Shown here: piece after piece, positions 1 through 10,628 of the stretch
Layout: the number at the start of each line of letters is the position of its first letter
Position numbering within the stretch: position 1 is the stretch's first letter
Assembly: GCA_963737155.1 (NCBI GenBank)
Contig: CAVTRN010000002.1
Location: forward strand, 2,752,001 to 2,816,000
Source of the DNA: Nitrospirota bacterium
GTDB taxonomy: Bacteria > Nitrospirota > UBA9217
Length of the DNA stretch: 64,000 bases
Direction: 5' to 3'
Made by a program: the position numbers and the translations under genes
Notes under the pieces: generated by a model
Told to the model about the DNA's origin: nothing
The model's input: the letters and a program-made list of their open reading frames with translations, nothing else
The model's database searches: none

Positions 1-667
1 CCACGCTCGATTTGATCGTGCCTGAGAAGAGCGTTCCCGCCTCGGATATGCCGATATGAAGCGGGTAATCGGATTTCTCCGAGAACAGACGGTAAGCCGC
101 AACGGTCGTCATCACATCCGAAGCTTTGAGTGAAACCTTGATATCAGAAAAGCGAAGATCCTCAAGAATGCGAAGATGTCCGAAGGCACTTTCGACGATG
201 GCCGCAGGCGTGGGGTGCTGATATTTCTCAATGAGGTGTTTTTCGAGCGAGCCTGCATTTACACCGATGCGGATCGGAATACCGCGGTCCTTGCACGCCT
301 GAACGATTTCACTGACCTTCTCTTTTGTTCCGATATTTCCCGGATTGATTCTGAGTCCATCTACGCCTTGTCTCACCGCCTCAAGCGCCAGGCGGTGATC
401 AAAGTGGATGTCTGCAACGAGCGGCAGGGTAGTGCCTTTTCTGATTTTCCCGAGCGCAACAGCGGATTCTTCGTCGGGCACGGCAAGACGCACCAGTTCG
501 CACCCGGCCTGCTCAAGTTGCTGTATTTGGGCAAGGGTCGCCTCAGCGTCTCGCGTGTCGGTATTGCACATGGACTGGACCGCGACAGGGGCGTAACCAC
601 CGATTATTACTGACCCTACGTTGATTTTCCTAGTTTTTCTGCGCGTGATTGGGTTGGCCACATTCAT
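1..667 (-). CDS. ispG: (E)-4-hydroxy-3-methylbut-2-enyl-diphosphate synthase (5' part, runs off window)
   Basis: Manual translation gives [30 protein letters not shown], the IspG N-terminus; follows rseP; start is ATG 667 or GTG 661. Confidence 0.95.
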   Translation of the reverse strand, partial: MNVANPITRRKTRKINVGSVIIGGYAPVAVQSMCNTDTRDAEATLAQIQQLEQAGCELVRLAVPDEESAVALGKIRKGTTLPLVADIHFDHRLALEAVRQGVDGLRINPGNIGTKEKVSEIVQACKDRGIPIRIGVNAGSLEKHLIEKYQHPTPAAIVESAFGHLRILEDLRFSDIKVSLKASDVMTTVAAYRLFSEKSDYPLHIGISEAGTLFSGTIKSSV

Positions 668-729
668 CCTGACGGTCCCCGCAACCTTTCTCTCTTCCAT
701 CCGGGAAGATAATCGGTGAGCGACAATAC

Positions 730-2013
730 CTATTTGGTGAAAAACATTCTCATGAAATCGTTATAGGATACAACCGCGATCAGTGTGATCAGAATGGCCG
801 CGCCTATGCTCTGGGACACTTCCATGACCTTTCTGCTTACCGGTTTCCTGCGGATGGCCTCGATCAAGAGGAAAAGAATCAACCCGCCGTCGAGAATCGG
901 AATCGGCAGCAGGTTCAGGATGCCCAGTGAAATACTGATCATGGCAAGGAGGGACAGGAACACCGACAGGCCCTCTGCCGCAGCCTGGCCCGACATCTGC
1001 GCAATCATCACAGGACCGCCGAGCGTCTTGATCGAAAGGCTCAAGGTCACTAACTTTTTAAGCGTGATGAGGGTGAGGTCGATGGACTCGATGGTTTTGC
1101 CAAATCCAAGGCGGAGGGACTTCATGAATCCGTACTTCTTGAAGACGAGGTGCATGACCGGTTCCACGCCGATCACATATCTCCCCCCGTCTTGTATGGC
1201 TGCAAGGGGTACCTCCAAACGCTTGCCGGAACGCTCGATGGAAAGATTGAGCCTCTTTCCGTTGCTCTCGCGTACAAGGCTGGAAAACTGATCCCAGTGA
1301 TAGACTGTTTTGCCATCCACGGCTAGGATCTTGTCGTTCTCCTTGAGACCGGCCTTCGCTGCCGGGAACCCTGGTTTCAGTTTGCCGATTTCCGCCGGGA
1401 TGTCGGGCATGAGACCGGATGTCCCGATCTTGAGTTCTGTTGCAGCAGCAGGCCTCAGCACCAAAGTTTCTTTCGCTCCCTGACGGTCCACAGTGACATT
1501 CAGATCTGTATCGGGGTTGACAGCTATAAGAGAAAGGGCTTTTGTCCAATCGCTGATATTTCTGCCGTTGATCTCCACGATTACATCGCCTGCTTTGAAG
1601 CCAGCACTCGCGGCCGGGGAACCGCTCTCCACATATCCCACCTTTGCCGGGCCATCGACATATGTTCCAACCATAAACACTATCGGCATGATGATAAAAG
1701 CGAGAACAATATTCGTGAGCGGTCCCGTCGCCGCGATGATAACGCGTTGCAATACGGACTTAGACTGAAACTCATCTGGTGCGCCGGTTGGCTCTTCGTC
1801 CGGGTTCTCACCCGCCATTTTCACATAACCGCCGAGCGGAAGCACCGATATAATGTATTCCGTTTCTCCCATTTTATATCCTACAACCTTCGGACCCATG
1901 CCGAGCGAAAATTTCTCGACCCGGACACCTGCTCGTTTTGCCATGAGAAAGTGACCGAGTTCGTGCACAAAAACAAGCACACCGATCACAATGAGAAAGT
2001 AGAAAAATGTCAT
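730..2013 (-). CDS. rseP: RIP metalloprotease RseP
   Basis: HELGH motif, two PDZ domains, [11 protein letters not shown]; dxr synteny. Confidence 0.97.
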   Translation of the reverse strand: MTFFYFLIVIGVLVFVHELGHFLMAKRAGVRVEKFSLGMGPKVVGYKMGETEYIISVLPLGGYVKMAGENPDEEPTGAPDEFQSKSVLQRVIIAATGPLTNIVLAFIIMPIVFMVGTYVDGPAKVGYVESGSPAASAGFKAGDVIVEINGRNISDWTKALSLIAVNPDTDLNVTVDRQGAKETLVLRPAAATELKIGTSGLMPDIPAEIGKLKPGFPAAKAGLKENDKILAVDGKTVYHWDQFSSLVRESNGKRLNLSIERSGKRLEVPLAAIQDGGRYVIGVEPVMHLVFKKYGFMKSLRLGFGKTIESIDLTLITLKKLVTLSLSIKTLGGPVMIAQMSGQAAAEGLSVFLSLLAMISISLGILNLLPIPILDGGLILFLLIEAIRRKPVSRKVMEVSQSIGAAILITLIAVVSYNDFMRMFFTK

Positions 2014-2107
2014 CTGAACTCCTTAGTCAAAATAGGATCACGCAGCAAGGAGCAAGTAGCGTAGGGAAACAAAATCCGTAAGATACTATGCTAGTCCTTG
2101 CTACTTG

Positions 2108-3286
2108 CTAATTACTACTCGTCGCTTGCCACGTCCTTCTCTTGATGATCCTCTCCGCTTCCTGGCGCGCCCAGAGGTCTGCCGTGAGCGCATCTTCAAC
2201 TGTGTTTATGGGTGTCGGAGTATGTTCTGCCATCGTGTTCTTGATTACACCAGCGATATCGCCATAGCATATTTTCTCGTCGAGAAAATATTTAACAGCC
2301 ACTTCGTTGGCGGCCGAAAGCACTGCCGGCATGCTGCCTCCCACACGGAGTGCCTCAAAAGCGTGGGCAAGGCAGGGAAAACGTTCAGTATCGGGTTCCT
2401 CGAAGTTGAGAACGCCTATGCGCGCGAGATCAAGCCCGGGTGACACACCCTCAAGCCGTTCGGGATAGGAGAGCGCATAGGCGATCGGACCCCTCATGTC
2501 GGGCATACCAAGCTGAGCAATGACCGCGCCGTCCCGGTACTCCACCAGGGAATGCACAATGCTCTGGGGATGGACGAGCACCTTGATCCTTTCAGGCGAC
2601 ACTCCGAAGAGCCATCGTGCTTCAATCACCTCGAGCCCCTTGTTCATGAGCGTTGCCGAATCGACGGTGATCTTCCTGCCCATGCTCCAGTTAGGGTGTT
2701 TAAGAGTTTGGGCCAGGGTAACCGTGGCGAGATCCTGCTTTGAATGACGCCGGAAAGGACCGCCCGACGCGGTGAGAATCAGTTTTCCGACGTCGCGGTG
2801 TTCTCCTGCGAGCAGACATTGGAAAATGGCGCTGTGCTCGCTGTCTACAGGAAGCAGACTGACTTTCCGTGACCGGCATTCGGCCACGATGAGTTCGCCA
2901 GCCGTAACAAGAACTTCTTTGTTTGCGAGTGCGATGTTCTTTCCTGCACGGATCGCCGCCATAGTCGGTTCCAGCCCCGCCGAACCCACAATCGCCGAAA
3001 CCGTGATGTCAGCTTCATCTGCCGTCGCTACTTGGATCATTCCTTCGATGCCGGAGAAGACCCTGATCTTCATGCCCTGTAACCTTTTTTTTAAAATCTC
3101 AGCCGATGCCTCGCCGGACAGCGCAACAACTGCCGGTTTAAACTGGCGCACCTGCTGTTCAAGCAAATCAATGTTATTACCCGCTGCGAGCGCGACAACG
3201 GAGAATCGGTCTGAATATTTTTCCACCACCGAGAGCGTGGACTGACCGATTGAACCGGTGGAGCCCAGTATGGAGATTTTTTTCAT
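2108..3286 (-). CDS. dxr: 1-deoxy-D-xylulose-5-phosphate reductoisomerase
   Basis: LGSTGSIG, LPVDSEHSAIFQ, HPNWSMGRKITVDSATLMNKGLE. Confidence 0.98.
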   Translation of the reverse strand: MKKISILGSTGSIGQSTLSVVEKYSDRFSVVALAAGNNIDLLEQQVRQFKPAVVALSGEASAEILKKRLQGMKIRVFSGIEGMIQVATADEADITVSAIVGSAGLEPTMAAIRAGKNIALANKEVLVTAGELIVAECRSRKVSLLPVDSEHSAIFQCLLAGEHRDVGKLILTASGGPFRRHSKQDLATVTLAQTLKHPNWSMGRKITVDSATLMNKGLEVIEARWLFGVSPERIKVLVHPQSIVHSLVEYRDGAVIAQLGMPDMRGPIAYALSYPERLEGVSPGLDLARIGVLNFEEPDTERFPCLAHAFEALRVGGSMPAVLSAANEVAVKYFLDEKICYGDIAGVIKNTMAEHTPTPINTVEDALTADLWARQEAERIIKRRTWQATSSN

Positions 3287-3348
3287 ATCAGGATTCGGGA
3301 GCTATAAGAAAATCGGCAGCACAGCAATTTTTCGACTCCTTAAGACTT

Positions 3349-4149
3349 TCATCTCAATCTTAAATAATAATACAGTACCGGTGCGGCAAATAGCATGCTG
3401 TCCATTCTATCGAGAATGCCGCCATGACCCGGGATGATGCCTCCCGAATCCTTAACCCCCACCGCTCTCTTGAACAGGGACTCCGCCAAGTCGCCGATCG
3501 TGCCTACCGATGATAGGACCAGCGCAATCGCGATAGATTCTGTTGATCCTATGGCAGGCATGAACCATATCCTACACAGAAGAGCCATGGCTGCCGACGC
3601 AACCAAAGCGCCGGCCAGACCTTCGATGCTTTTCTTAGGGCTCACCTTCTCGTAGAGACGGTGTTTGCCGAAAGGGATCCCGATCGAATAGGCGCCGATA
3701 TCGGATGCCCAGATGATGAGATAGAGGAATACGAGCCACTGTTTGCCGTTTATACCAGTGCGGACCACAACCTGGAAAGCAAACAACACTGCAACATAGA
3801 ACACCCCAAAAAACGTGGTTGCCACATCCTCGAGTGCGCCGTCAACGGGACGGGTGGAGAATAGCCGTGCGGCCATGATTAGGAGCAACGAGATAGCCAG
3901 GACAAGAAAATGCTCCATTTCTGGGATCAAGGGATGATAAAACCAAATCACGATGACGGCGCCGAGTGCAGTCCCCAAGCCCCTCTGAGGGTGGAATCCG
4001 CGCACCTGCACCATGCGGTAAAATTCATACTGCCCTACCGCAGCAGCCACGAGCACGAGAGCCGTAAAATAAACCGGCGGCAGCTGCCAGGTCACCAGGT
4101 AAAAAATGGGGAGAAAAATCAGCCCTGATATTACTCTCTTATACAGCAT
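3349..4149 (-). CDS. cdsA: Phosphatidate cytidylyltransferase
   Basis: SPKKSIEG and KDSGGIIPGHGGILDRMDS; start set at MLYKRV. Confidence 0.96.
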   Translation of the reverse strand: MLYKRVISGLIFLPIFYLVTWQLPPVYFTALVLVAAAVGQYEFYRMVQVRGFHPQRGLGTALGAVIVIWFYHPLIPEMEHFLVLAISLLLIMAARLFSTRPVDGALEDVATTFFGVFYVAVLFAFQVVVRTGINGKQWLVFLYLIIWASDIGAYSIGIPFGKHRLYEKVSPKKSIEGLAGALVASAAMALLCRIWFMPAIGSTESIAIALVLSSVGTIGDLAESLFKRAVGVKDSGGIIPGHGGILDRMDSMLFAAPVLYYYLRLR

Positions 4150-4303
4150 GTCGCGTCTCCATTGGTTCGGCGCGGTCCACACTCAAGCCCGAAGATTCAC
4201 CACCCATGGTGGCCAGCCCAGTTCCTGTTGCCAAGCTGAACTAAGGGAGGATATTCTGCAGTATTTTAAATATTTTTCGGTCCGGTCGTACTATGCAAGC
4301 CTG

Positions 4304-5062
4304 TCACTTCCGCATGCGCTGATCCTGCGTCAGACCAAATCTGCGATGCCGGCCCTGATAATCGATAATCGCGGCATGCAGTTCTTTCTCTGCAAAGTCC
4401 GGCCACAATGTATCAGTAAAATAGAGCTCGGCATACGCCGCCTGCCATAGAAGAAAGTTGCTGATTCGTTTTTCTCCACTCGTCCGAATGATCAGGTCTG
4501 GATCAGGAAGGCTGCCAGTATCCAGATAGGAGGAAAAGATCTCTTCGTTCAAGAGTTCCGCATTCACACCGGCATGGTTCATCCGCCTGACAGCTTCCAG
4601 TATCTCCCCGCGTCCACCGTAGGACAAGGCCACGTTCAGGATCATGCCGGCGTTTTCAGCGGTCTCGGCCGTCGCTTTTTCAACCCACCTTCGGACAGTT
4701 GCCGGAAGACGCTCGATTCTGCCGATCGTACGAAACCTAATGCCGTTAGATTTCATGGTTGCAATCTCGGCCCTGAGAAAGCTTCCAAGCATATTCATGA
4801 GAAAACCGACTTCTTCCTTGGGTCTGCCCCAGTTCTCGTCGGAAAAAGCATAGAGTGTCAGCACCTCGATTCCAAGCTGCCGACATTCCTCAGTTACCCG
4901 TCGTACCGTCGCTGTCCCTCGCTTGTGTCCGGCAACCCGGGGAAGCCCCCTGTTTAAGGCCCACCGACCGTTTCCGTCCATGATAATGGCGACATGGCGC
5001 GGAATGCCCGCTGCGCCCATTTTTGTGTGAGAATTCTCAGTTTCACCGCTTATCTTTGCCAT
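4304..5062 (-). CDS. uppS: Isoprenyl transferase (undecaprenyl diphosphate synthase)
   Basis: HVAIIMDGNGRWA, AFSDENW, IRTSGEKRISNFLLWQ. Confidence 0.97.
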   Translation of the reverse strand: MAKISGETENSHTKMGAAGIPRHVAIIMDGNGRWALNRGLPRVAGHKRGTATVRRVTEECRQLGIEVLTLYAFSDENWGRPKEEVGFLMNMLGSFLRAEIATMKSNGIRFRTIGRIERLPATVRRWVEKATAETAENAGMILNVALSYGGRGEILEAVRRMNHAGVNAELLNEEIFSSYLDTGSLPDPDLIIRTSGEKRISNFLLWQAAYAELYFTDTLWPDFAEKELHAAIIDYQGRHRRFGLTQDQRMRK

Positions 5063-5146
5063 AGTGCCGATTCATCCGTCCGCAGACACTGCTAACCGCG
5101 GGGAAACAGTCATGAACCTTTTCCTGCTCCACAGCCCCTTTGGAGC

Positions 5147-7012
5147 CTACTTTACAGCATAACTTATCACATTGATATGATCGCTATGCAGTAATCCGCC
5201 CGACGACACCACGAGCGCCATAATCTGCGCGTCCAACCCCACCTGCCGGCGGATCTGGAAGTCGCGTACGGCACCGCCGATATCCTTGATGCTCCACCGT
5301 TGCTCAAGCCGTGAGCCGGTCCAGCCCAATCCTACAAATTCGGCCTTTGTATAGCCGCTCAAAAATGTCCCGCTGTTCCTGGGTAAAATAATCTCGTCTT
5401 TACCGTCACCGTTCACATCAAATGCCTCGATTCGTCCTGTAATCCGGATTTTCTTGTTTCTTTCCAAATCAGCCACAGACTCCGATATGACCGCCGAGGA
5501 CGCTACCACATCTTTATTTACCATGATTCCGACGGACGGAAAGGTCTCTGCACTTTTCCAGACCACCATATCCTTAGAATAGACAAGAATGTGATCTTTA
5601 TCATCCAGCGCTATGATGAACGGGTTGGCTTCTCCCACTGCGGCGACGACGAACCCGTACAGTTTCACGCCTTCTGGCAACGGGAAAACTGGCCCGGCTG
5701 TGTATTTGCCGTTCACCCAGGAATACTGTCTAGGCTGCCCGGAAAAAAACGTATGGGGATCGTAGTCCTGCCCGAGAAGAAGAACGCCCTTCCCAGGATA
5801 GGTGATGACCCTGACAAAACCGGGGATTTCCGCGATGCGCTTATATGTGCCATCGCGAAATTCTACAACGTACGAGAAAACCTTGCTGTTCTGCACGGCC
5901 GTAACAAAGATATCGGGTCTGCCGTTTCCATTGATGTCTGCTACATCGAGGTTGATTTGCTGTACATCTCCAGCAAGGGGCGATAAGCCTTGCGGCCTAT
6001 AGTTTCCGTTGATGTCCACGACGTCGAAGTTGTTATGCTGTATATCTCCGCCAATGGGTGCTGCGGGTTCGGTCCACTCTTCACGCCACCCCGCCGGTCC
6101 CATTCCATAGACATGCAGTTTGGCTCCGTCGGAAAAGACATACTGCATAGTGCCGTTGCCTTCAAAATCCGCAGTAGCCATAAGTCGCGCGTCAAAGGGC
6201 AGTATGGGAAGGTTGGATTCCACTTCTGCCGGAAGGTTGGATTCTACCTTCTCCGGAACGAAAAACGGTTTTAAGTCGCCGTTGGTCTCATTCTGCGATT
6301 TCAGGTCGAGTACCGCTACAACAGTATCAAGCGGTCTCGCTTCGTCGGCATAAAAAAGCCTGGCTGTCACCAGAAGTTTCTTCCCCTCTGTTGGATAGAT
6401 CCCGATTGCCACGATTACATCGAGATTATAGGCTTTGCTCATTTCCTTGATAAGCGAACTGTCGCGTTGTTTCTTGTCCTTGAGGAATGCCTCTACCTTA
6501 TCATTCCCGAGAACCGAGAATCTGCCGAGGTCGCTGAGGCGATCCTGAATGCCCTGGAGAATCTCCGGATGATCAGTCCGAACTGGGAGGAGCGCAAGAT
6601 TGATTTTTTTCGGTGTGATCCGTGCTTTGTCGCCGACCTTGGGATCCATCAGCTTTTCTCTAAGCACGGCGGTGCATGTTGTATCGGCCACACTGTTAAC
6701 CTCCACACTCCCAACCTTGTCTTCAGCGTAGCCGAGCAGCTGACCGGTCACGGGATGACGAATCGACTTGCCGTCCCGCCAGAGCGTGAGCGTTACACCG
6801 GGAAGAAGCCCGTTTTTCTCCCCTAAGCTGATCGTTAGGCGGTCTTCCTGCACGGACTTGACTTCCCCCTGCACTTTAGGGAAGTACGATGTGATGTCAT
6901 AGGCGATTTCCTCGATGGAAGTAACGTTTTCGACTCCAAGAGGTTTCTCGGAAGCCACACCCGCAGAACCGAACGAGAGGACCAGTACCATCAGTATAGA
7001 TAATTTTTTCAT
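5147..7012 (-). CDS. Secreted FG-GAP/VCBS-repeat protein
   Basis: Signal peptide MKKLSILMVLVLSF after a GAGG RBS; repeated D-x-N-G-x-G motifs (ADINGNGRPDI, FDVNGDGKDEI). Confidence 0.75.
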   Translation of the reverse strand: MKKLSILMVLVLSFGSAGVASEKPLGVENVTSIEEIAYDITSYFPKVQGEVKSVQEDRLTISLGEKNGLLPGVTLTLWRDGKSIRHPVTGQLLGYAEDKVGSVEVNSVADTTCTAVLREKLMDPKVGDKARITPKKINLALLPVRTDHPEILQGIQDRLSDLGRFSVLGNDKVEAFLKDKKQRDSSLIKEMSKAYNLDVIVAIGIYPTEGKKLLVTARLFYADEARPLDTVVAVLDLKSQNETNGDLKPFFVPEKVESNLPAEVESNLPILPFDARLMATADFEGNGTMQYVFSDGAKLHVYGMGPAGWREEWTEPAAPIGGDIQHNNFDVVDINGNYRPQGLSPLAGDVQQINLDVADINGNGRPDIFVTAVQNSKVFSYVVEFRDGTYKRIAEIPGFVRVITYPGKGVLLLGQDYDPHTFFSGQPRQYSWVNGKYTAGPVFPLPEGVKLYGFVVAAVGEANPFIIALDDKDHILVYSKDMVVWKSAETFPSVGIMVNKDVVASSAVISESVADLERNKKIRITGRIEAFDVNGDGKDEIILPRNSGTFLSGYTKAEFVGLGWTGSRLEQRWSIKDIGGAVRDFQIRRQVGLDAQIMALVVSSGGLLHSDHINVISYAVK

Positions 7013-7055
7013 GTTTCTACTAACCTCACCTTCACTCTTTGCATTGGAGTTTGCT

Positions 7056-9266
7056 TCACGCAACTTTCACCCCAAGGTCCGAAATCCACGTTTTGCTGGG
7101 AGGAAGCGAGATGCGCCAGACAGGCATCACCATCGAACTTTGGTACACCCGTTCAAATCCCGCTTCGGACTGCGACACCGTTTCCACAGGAGCGCGCCAG
7201 AACGCCGCGGGTTCACTGAAGTCCATCGTGAGTCGAAGCCTCAGCCATTCATCGACAAGACTCACCTGCCGTACGTTATTCGTCTCACCCGTGGAAGCCA
7301 GGTTCTTTCTTTCCAGAGTGTGGCCTGGGATGTCGTAATAACGGTCATGGGCATTCCCCGCCAGCAGGGAGAAGTTGAACTCGCTACCGAAAGACGTATT
7401 TAGCTCTTCAGTGCTTCGGTTTTCAATCTCGTGACGAACAACAAAGCCCGGCGCGCTCCGGCGCAATGAGATTTTTTTCCTGAGTCTGACGGCGAGCCCC
7501 GCCACTGTGCCGTTTCGTTCGAGAGATACAGACACGCAGTTCGCCTGCTTCTTCTGACTGAAGCTGTAAGCGCCGAGGACAAAATCACCGGACTCGTAAT
7601 ACTCGGAACGCATGAAACCCGCTAGATCAACACCAGAACCGAGGAAGTGGTCGATCAGCGAGCCGCGAGTGTACCAGTCGTAGAGCAGATGGTGTTGGAG
7701 CCCTTCTTCCTTCATAGATACCCGTTCGTGGATAGTTTTGACGCCGCTTGTCTGCGCGCCGGCGGCAAGGTCCGTGACTGCCTGAAGAATTTTTTCGTGA
7801 TAACCCTCGCGTCTCCGAGTAAGCGTATTCGTGAGGTTGAATGAACGGGGCTTCCAGTCCAGCTCCGATATCATACCGCCTTTAGCCGGGTCAATGAAGA
7901 TGTTCAGAAGCTCGGAGTTGATCATGACCTCCTCGCTCCCGTCCCGGTCGAAGTCTCCTATCTCGATCTCGAGCCACGATACTGCCTTCGAATCCATTTT
8001 CCGGCTTCTGGCTTCCAGCTTCTTTCCCTCGCTCCTCAGCCCCTGACCCTTTAACACCCTGTCCGCCAATACCTCGGCCTGGATGATATGCTCATACACA
8101 GCGGACCGTAGGTGGGGCAGATAGAGCCCGCCAAAGACGCCATGCCAGTACGCGTCGTTGCATTGAGACTGGTACAGGTGGTCGACCATGCGCGAAGCAT
8201 CGGCGCTTCTTCCGTCCCTTTGCTCCGCAAGCCCGTCGAGCGCTTCGTGAACCTTGCTGCTCACCATCAGCATACGCTTGTGCATATGGTTGCTCTCGGA
8301 ATATTTGGCAAGAAAGTTTCTCCAGATGCCGCCTTTGATGAAGGGCTGGAGCGAGCCGAAATCCGGGGAGCTCTTTGTTTTTGCGAGCGCCTCGTCGTAT
8401 TCCTTCATGGCGCGTGTCGGCAGCGACCATTCGCCCATTTCCATATAGGATGAAGTCGGAAGATAGATCCTTCCGCGGGCCGGCTCATGGGCGCAGAATT
8501 CCGCGAAAGTCGACGTCTCGAGCCATTCTCCGTTCTGCTCAATGAGCGTAAAAAAACGGTCAAGCCAGCCTTCTTCATACACTGTGTGAAAGGTCTCAGG
8601 CCAGACCCCGAATTTTTCCCCATCATCAGCCATTACGGCCAGACGGCTTCGCTCTGATGAGCGGAGACCGGCGAGGTACTCAATTGTTTGCTCAGGAGGA
8701 TGAAAGGGCATCAGGTACCGAAGCTTTTCGCTCCCCGAAAACATGCGGAGAACGCCGCCCAGCTCTTCCGTCAGGTAGTAGCCGTCGAGTTCGTCATCGT
8801 GCAGTCCGGCCATTTTAAAATGGGAATCGTCGACAACCACATGGTTGATGCCAGCTTCGCTGATTGGTTTGGCGAGATGGGGCTCCCAGACCCGCTCGGC
8901 AAGCCACATTCCATGGGCATCGTAGCCAATCTTTTCTCTGATGAAGTCCGTAAGTGCGCGGATCTGACCCGCCTTGTCGTCATCGGGCAGCACAGCGAGA
9001 ATTGGTTCGTAAAACCCGCCGGAAAGGATCTCCGTTCGGCCTTCCTTCCCCAGTTTCCTCAATAGCTCGATGAATTCCGGATGGCGCTCTTCGAAAAATC
9101 GGAAGAGAACACCGGTATAATGCAGCGTAATCTTGATTCTCGGATGGCGCTCTAGCACCTTAACGAAAGGCAGATAGGACTTCTGATATGCGTCCTCTGC
9201 AACAAACTCGAAATTGCCGACCGGCTGGTGATTGTGAATGGCGAAGATGAATTGGACTTTCGGCAT
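7056..9266 (-). CDS. GH57 alpha-amylase / 4-alpha-glucanotransferase (DUF1926 C-terminus)
   Basis: HNHQPVGN, WLAERVWEP, DDGEKFG, QCNDAYWHGVFGGLYLPHLR. Confidence 0.93.
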   Translation of the reverse strand: MPKVQFIFAIHNHQPVGNFEFVAEDAYQKSYLPFVKVLERHPRIKITLHYTGVLFRFFEERHPEFIELLRKLGKEGRTEILSGGFYEPILAVLPDDDKAGQIRALTDFIREKIGYDAHGMWLAERVWEPHLAKPISEAGINHVVVDDSHFKMAGLHDDELDGYYLTEELGGVLRMFSGSEKLRYLMPFHPPEQTIEYLAGLRSSERSRLAVMADDGEKFGVWPETFHTVYEEGWLDRFFTLIEQNGEWLETSTFAEFCAHEPARGRIYLPTSSYMEMGEWSLPTRAMKEYDEALAKTKSSPDFGSLQPFIKGGIWRNFLAKYSESNHMHKRMLMVSSKVHEALDGLAEQRDGRSADASRMVDHLYQSQCNDAYWHGVFGGLYLPHLRSAVYEHIIQAEVLADRVLKGQGLRSEGKKLEARSRKMDSKAVSWLEIEIGDFDRDGSEEVMINSELLNIFIDPAKGGMISELDWKPRSFNLTNTLTRRREGYHEKILQAVTDLAAGAQTSGVKTIHERVSMKEEGLQHHLLYDWYTRGSLIDHFLGSGVDLAGFMRSEYYESGDFVLGAYSFSQKKQANCVSVSLERNGTVAGLAVRLRKKISLRRSAPGFVVRHEIENRSTEELNTSFGSEFNFSLLAGNAHDRYYDIPGHTLERKNLASTGETNNVRQVSLVDEWLRLRLTMDFSEPAAFWRAPVETVSQSEAGFERVYQSSMVMPVWRISLPPSKTWISDLGVKVA

Positions 9267-9714
9267 CTCTCTCTTTGTGATCCTACGTTTCCTAAATGTT
9301 GCGAAACCATGCGATAAGAATACAATTTAAAATATTAGCCCCACGGGGCAAAAAAGTCAACTAAAAACAGGGAAATAACAATAATTAAGACGGAGAAAAT
9401 GCTCATCTGATCACGCCACGGTCATGGGCGAGAGGTTATTGCACCGTTCTCCTCTTTCGACAAGGATGAACGCTGAAAAAGCAACGGAATGTCGGAAATT
9501 TTTGACTGGCGCGGCTGATATGATTGGCCATGCGCGTCGGCTTTGCAAAAACTAGCGTATCAGGGAATTAAGCAAAAGAATCGTGCCATCGGTAGCTAAT
9601 AATGCCTTGTCGATGACAGACTTGTTTGCAGATATGTCGCTTTAACAGATTCAATCATTTTTCGAGGAGTTGCGTGAAATCCTATGCTACGCGTTTGTCA
9701 ATGCCTCCCCGGTT

Positions 9715-10446
9715 TCATGCCGCCTTTTTTACCATCATGCCCGCAAGGATGAAGAACATCACAGTATATGCCGCAAGCACTGCCGTTGAAACCACGGCCA
9801 GACTGCCGCCCGATGCAAGCGTGCGAAGCAGCAGGCTTGCGTGCGTCAGGGGATAGACCAGGATGAGGCTTTTGAAAGGTTCGGGTAGCCTGTCAGGAGC
9901 AAAAAACGTTCCTGCCAGAAACGACATGGGAATAATGAAAAAGCTGTTGAAATTCGACATGTCCTCGTGCGAGCGGGCGATCATGGCGGCGGCCACGCCC
10001 GCGGCCCCGAAGCAGAACGCGGTAAGCGCGAGAATGACAAAAAAATTTAACGACATATATAGCTGAATGCCAGTGACCAGTCCAACGAGCAAGAGCATGA
10101 ATGCCGAAAACATGCCGCGCACGAGTCCCGTGAGGGCTCTGCCGAGCGCGATGTCCCAGTGGTTCACCGGAGAGACAAGGACCTCCTCGATCGTCTTGGT
10201 GTATAGCTTGCTGATGTTGAGCGACGTCGAGACCGGACCGAAACTGTTGTTCATGGCTGAAAGCGCCAGAATACCAGGAAGAACAAAATTCAGGTAATGG
10301 CCTCCACTCACGTTCATCCCACGCCCCAGTCCCCAGCCGAAGGTCACGAGGTAAAGAACGGGCATGACCAGGCTCGACGCAAGAAAACGCCAGGGTTTCT
10401 TACGGATGATCATCATCTCTTTCCAGAAAATAGGGTAAAAATTCAT
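9715..10446 (-). CDS. ABC-2 type transporter permease
   Basis: About six hydrophobic segments; partner ATPase upstream. Confidence 0.9.
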   Translation of the reverse strand: MNFYPIFWKEMMIIRKKPWRFLASSLVMPVLYLVTFGWGLGRGMNVSGGHYLNFVLPGILALSAMNNSFGPVSTSLNISKLYTKTIEEVLVSPVNHWDIALGRALTGLVRGMFSAFMLLLVGLVTGIQLYMSLNFFVILALTAFCFGAAGVAAAMIARSHEDMSNFNSFFIIPMSFLAGTFFAPDRLPEPFKSLILVYPLTHASLLLRTLASGGSLAVVSTAVLAAYTVMFFILAGMMVKKAA

Positions 10447-10460
10447 AAAAAGCCTCAATC

Positions 10461-10592
10461 AATTCACCGCAGCAAGCTACAGGGAATTGCAAGTTTAACC
10501 AGGATATAAACGTAAAAGATCATGAGAAAATCGTATTTTATTATCCTTCTGCGCCGGAAATCCCCGTCTCTTCAGGGCGGGGAAGATGTCAA
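10461..10592 (+). mobile_element. Short non-autonomous IS200/IS605-like relic
   Basis: Hairpin AATTCACCGCAGCAAGCTACAGGGAATT at the left; AATCCCCGTCTCTTCAGGGCGGGGAAGATGTCAA right-end-like hairpin; similar end at 50456. Confidence 0.55.
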
Positions 10593-10628
10593 CCGTGTCC
10601 AGCCATGTTCATCCGTGGTACTGATATT

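Noticed and set aside
176-613. Plus-strand ORF and the many other antisense ORFs (e.g. 48521-49249, 44279-44974, 22667-23338)
   Set aside because: Shadow ORFs opposite well-supported genes
4165-4250. TAGTTCAGCTTGG resembling a tRNA D-arm
   Set aside because: No TTCGA T-loop or acceptor stem
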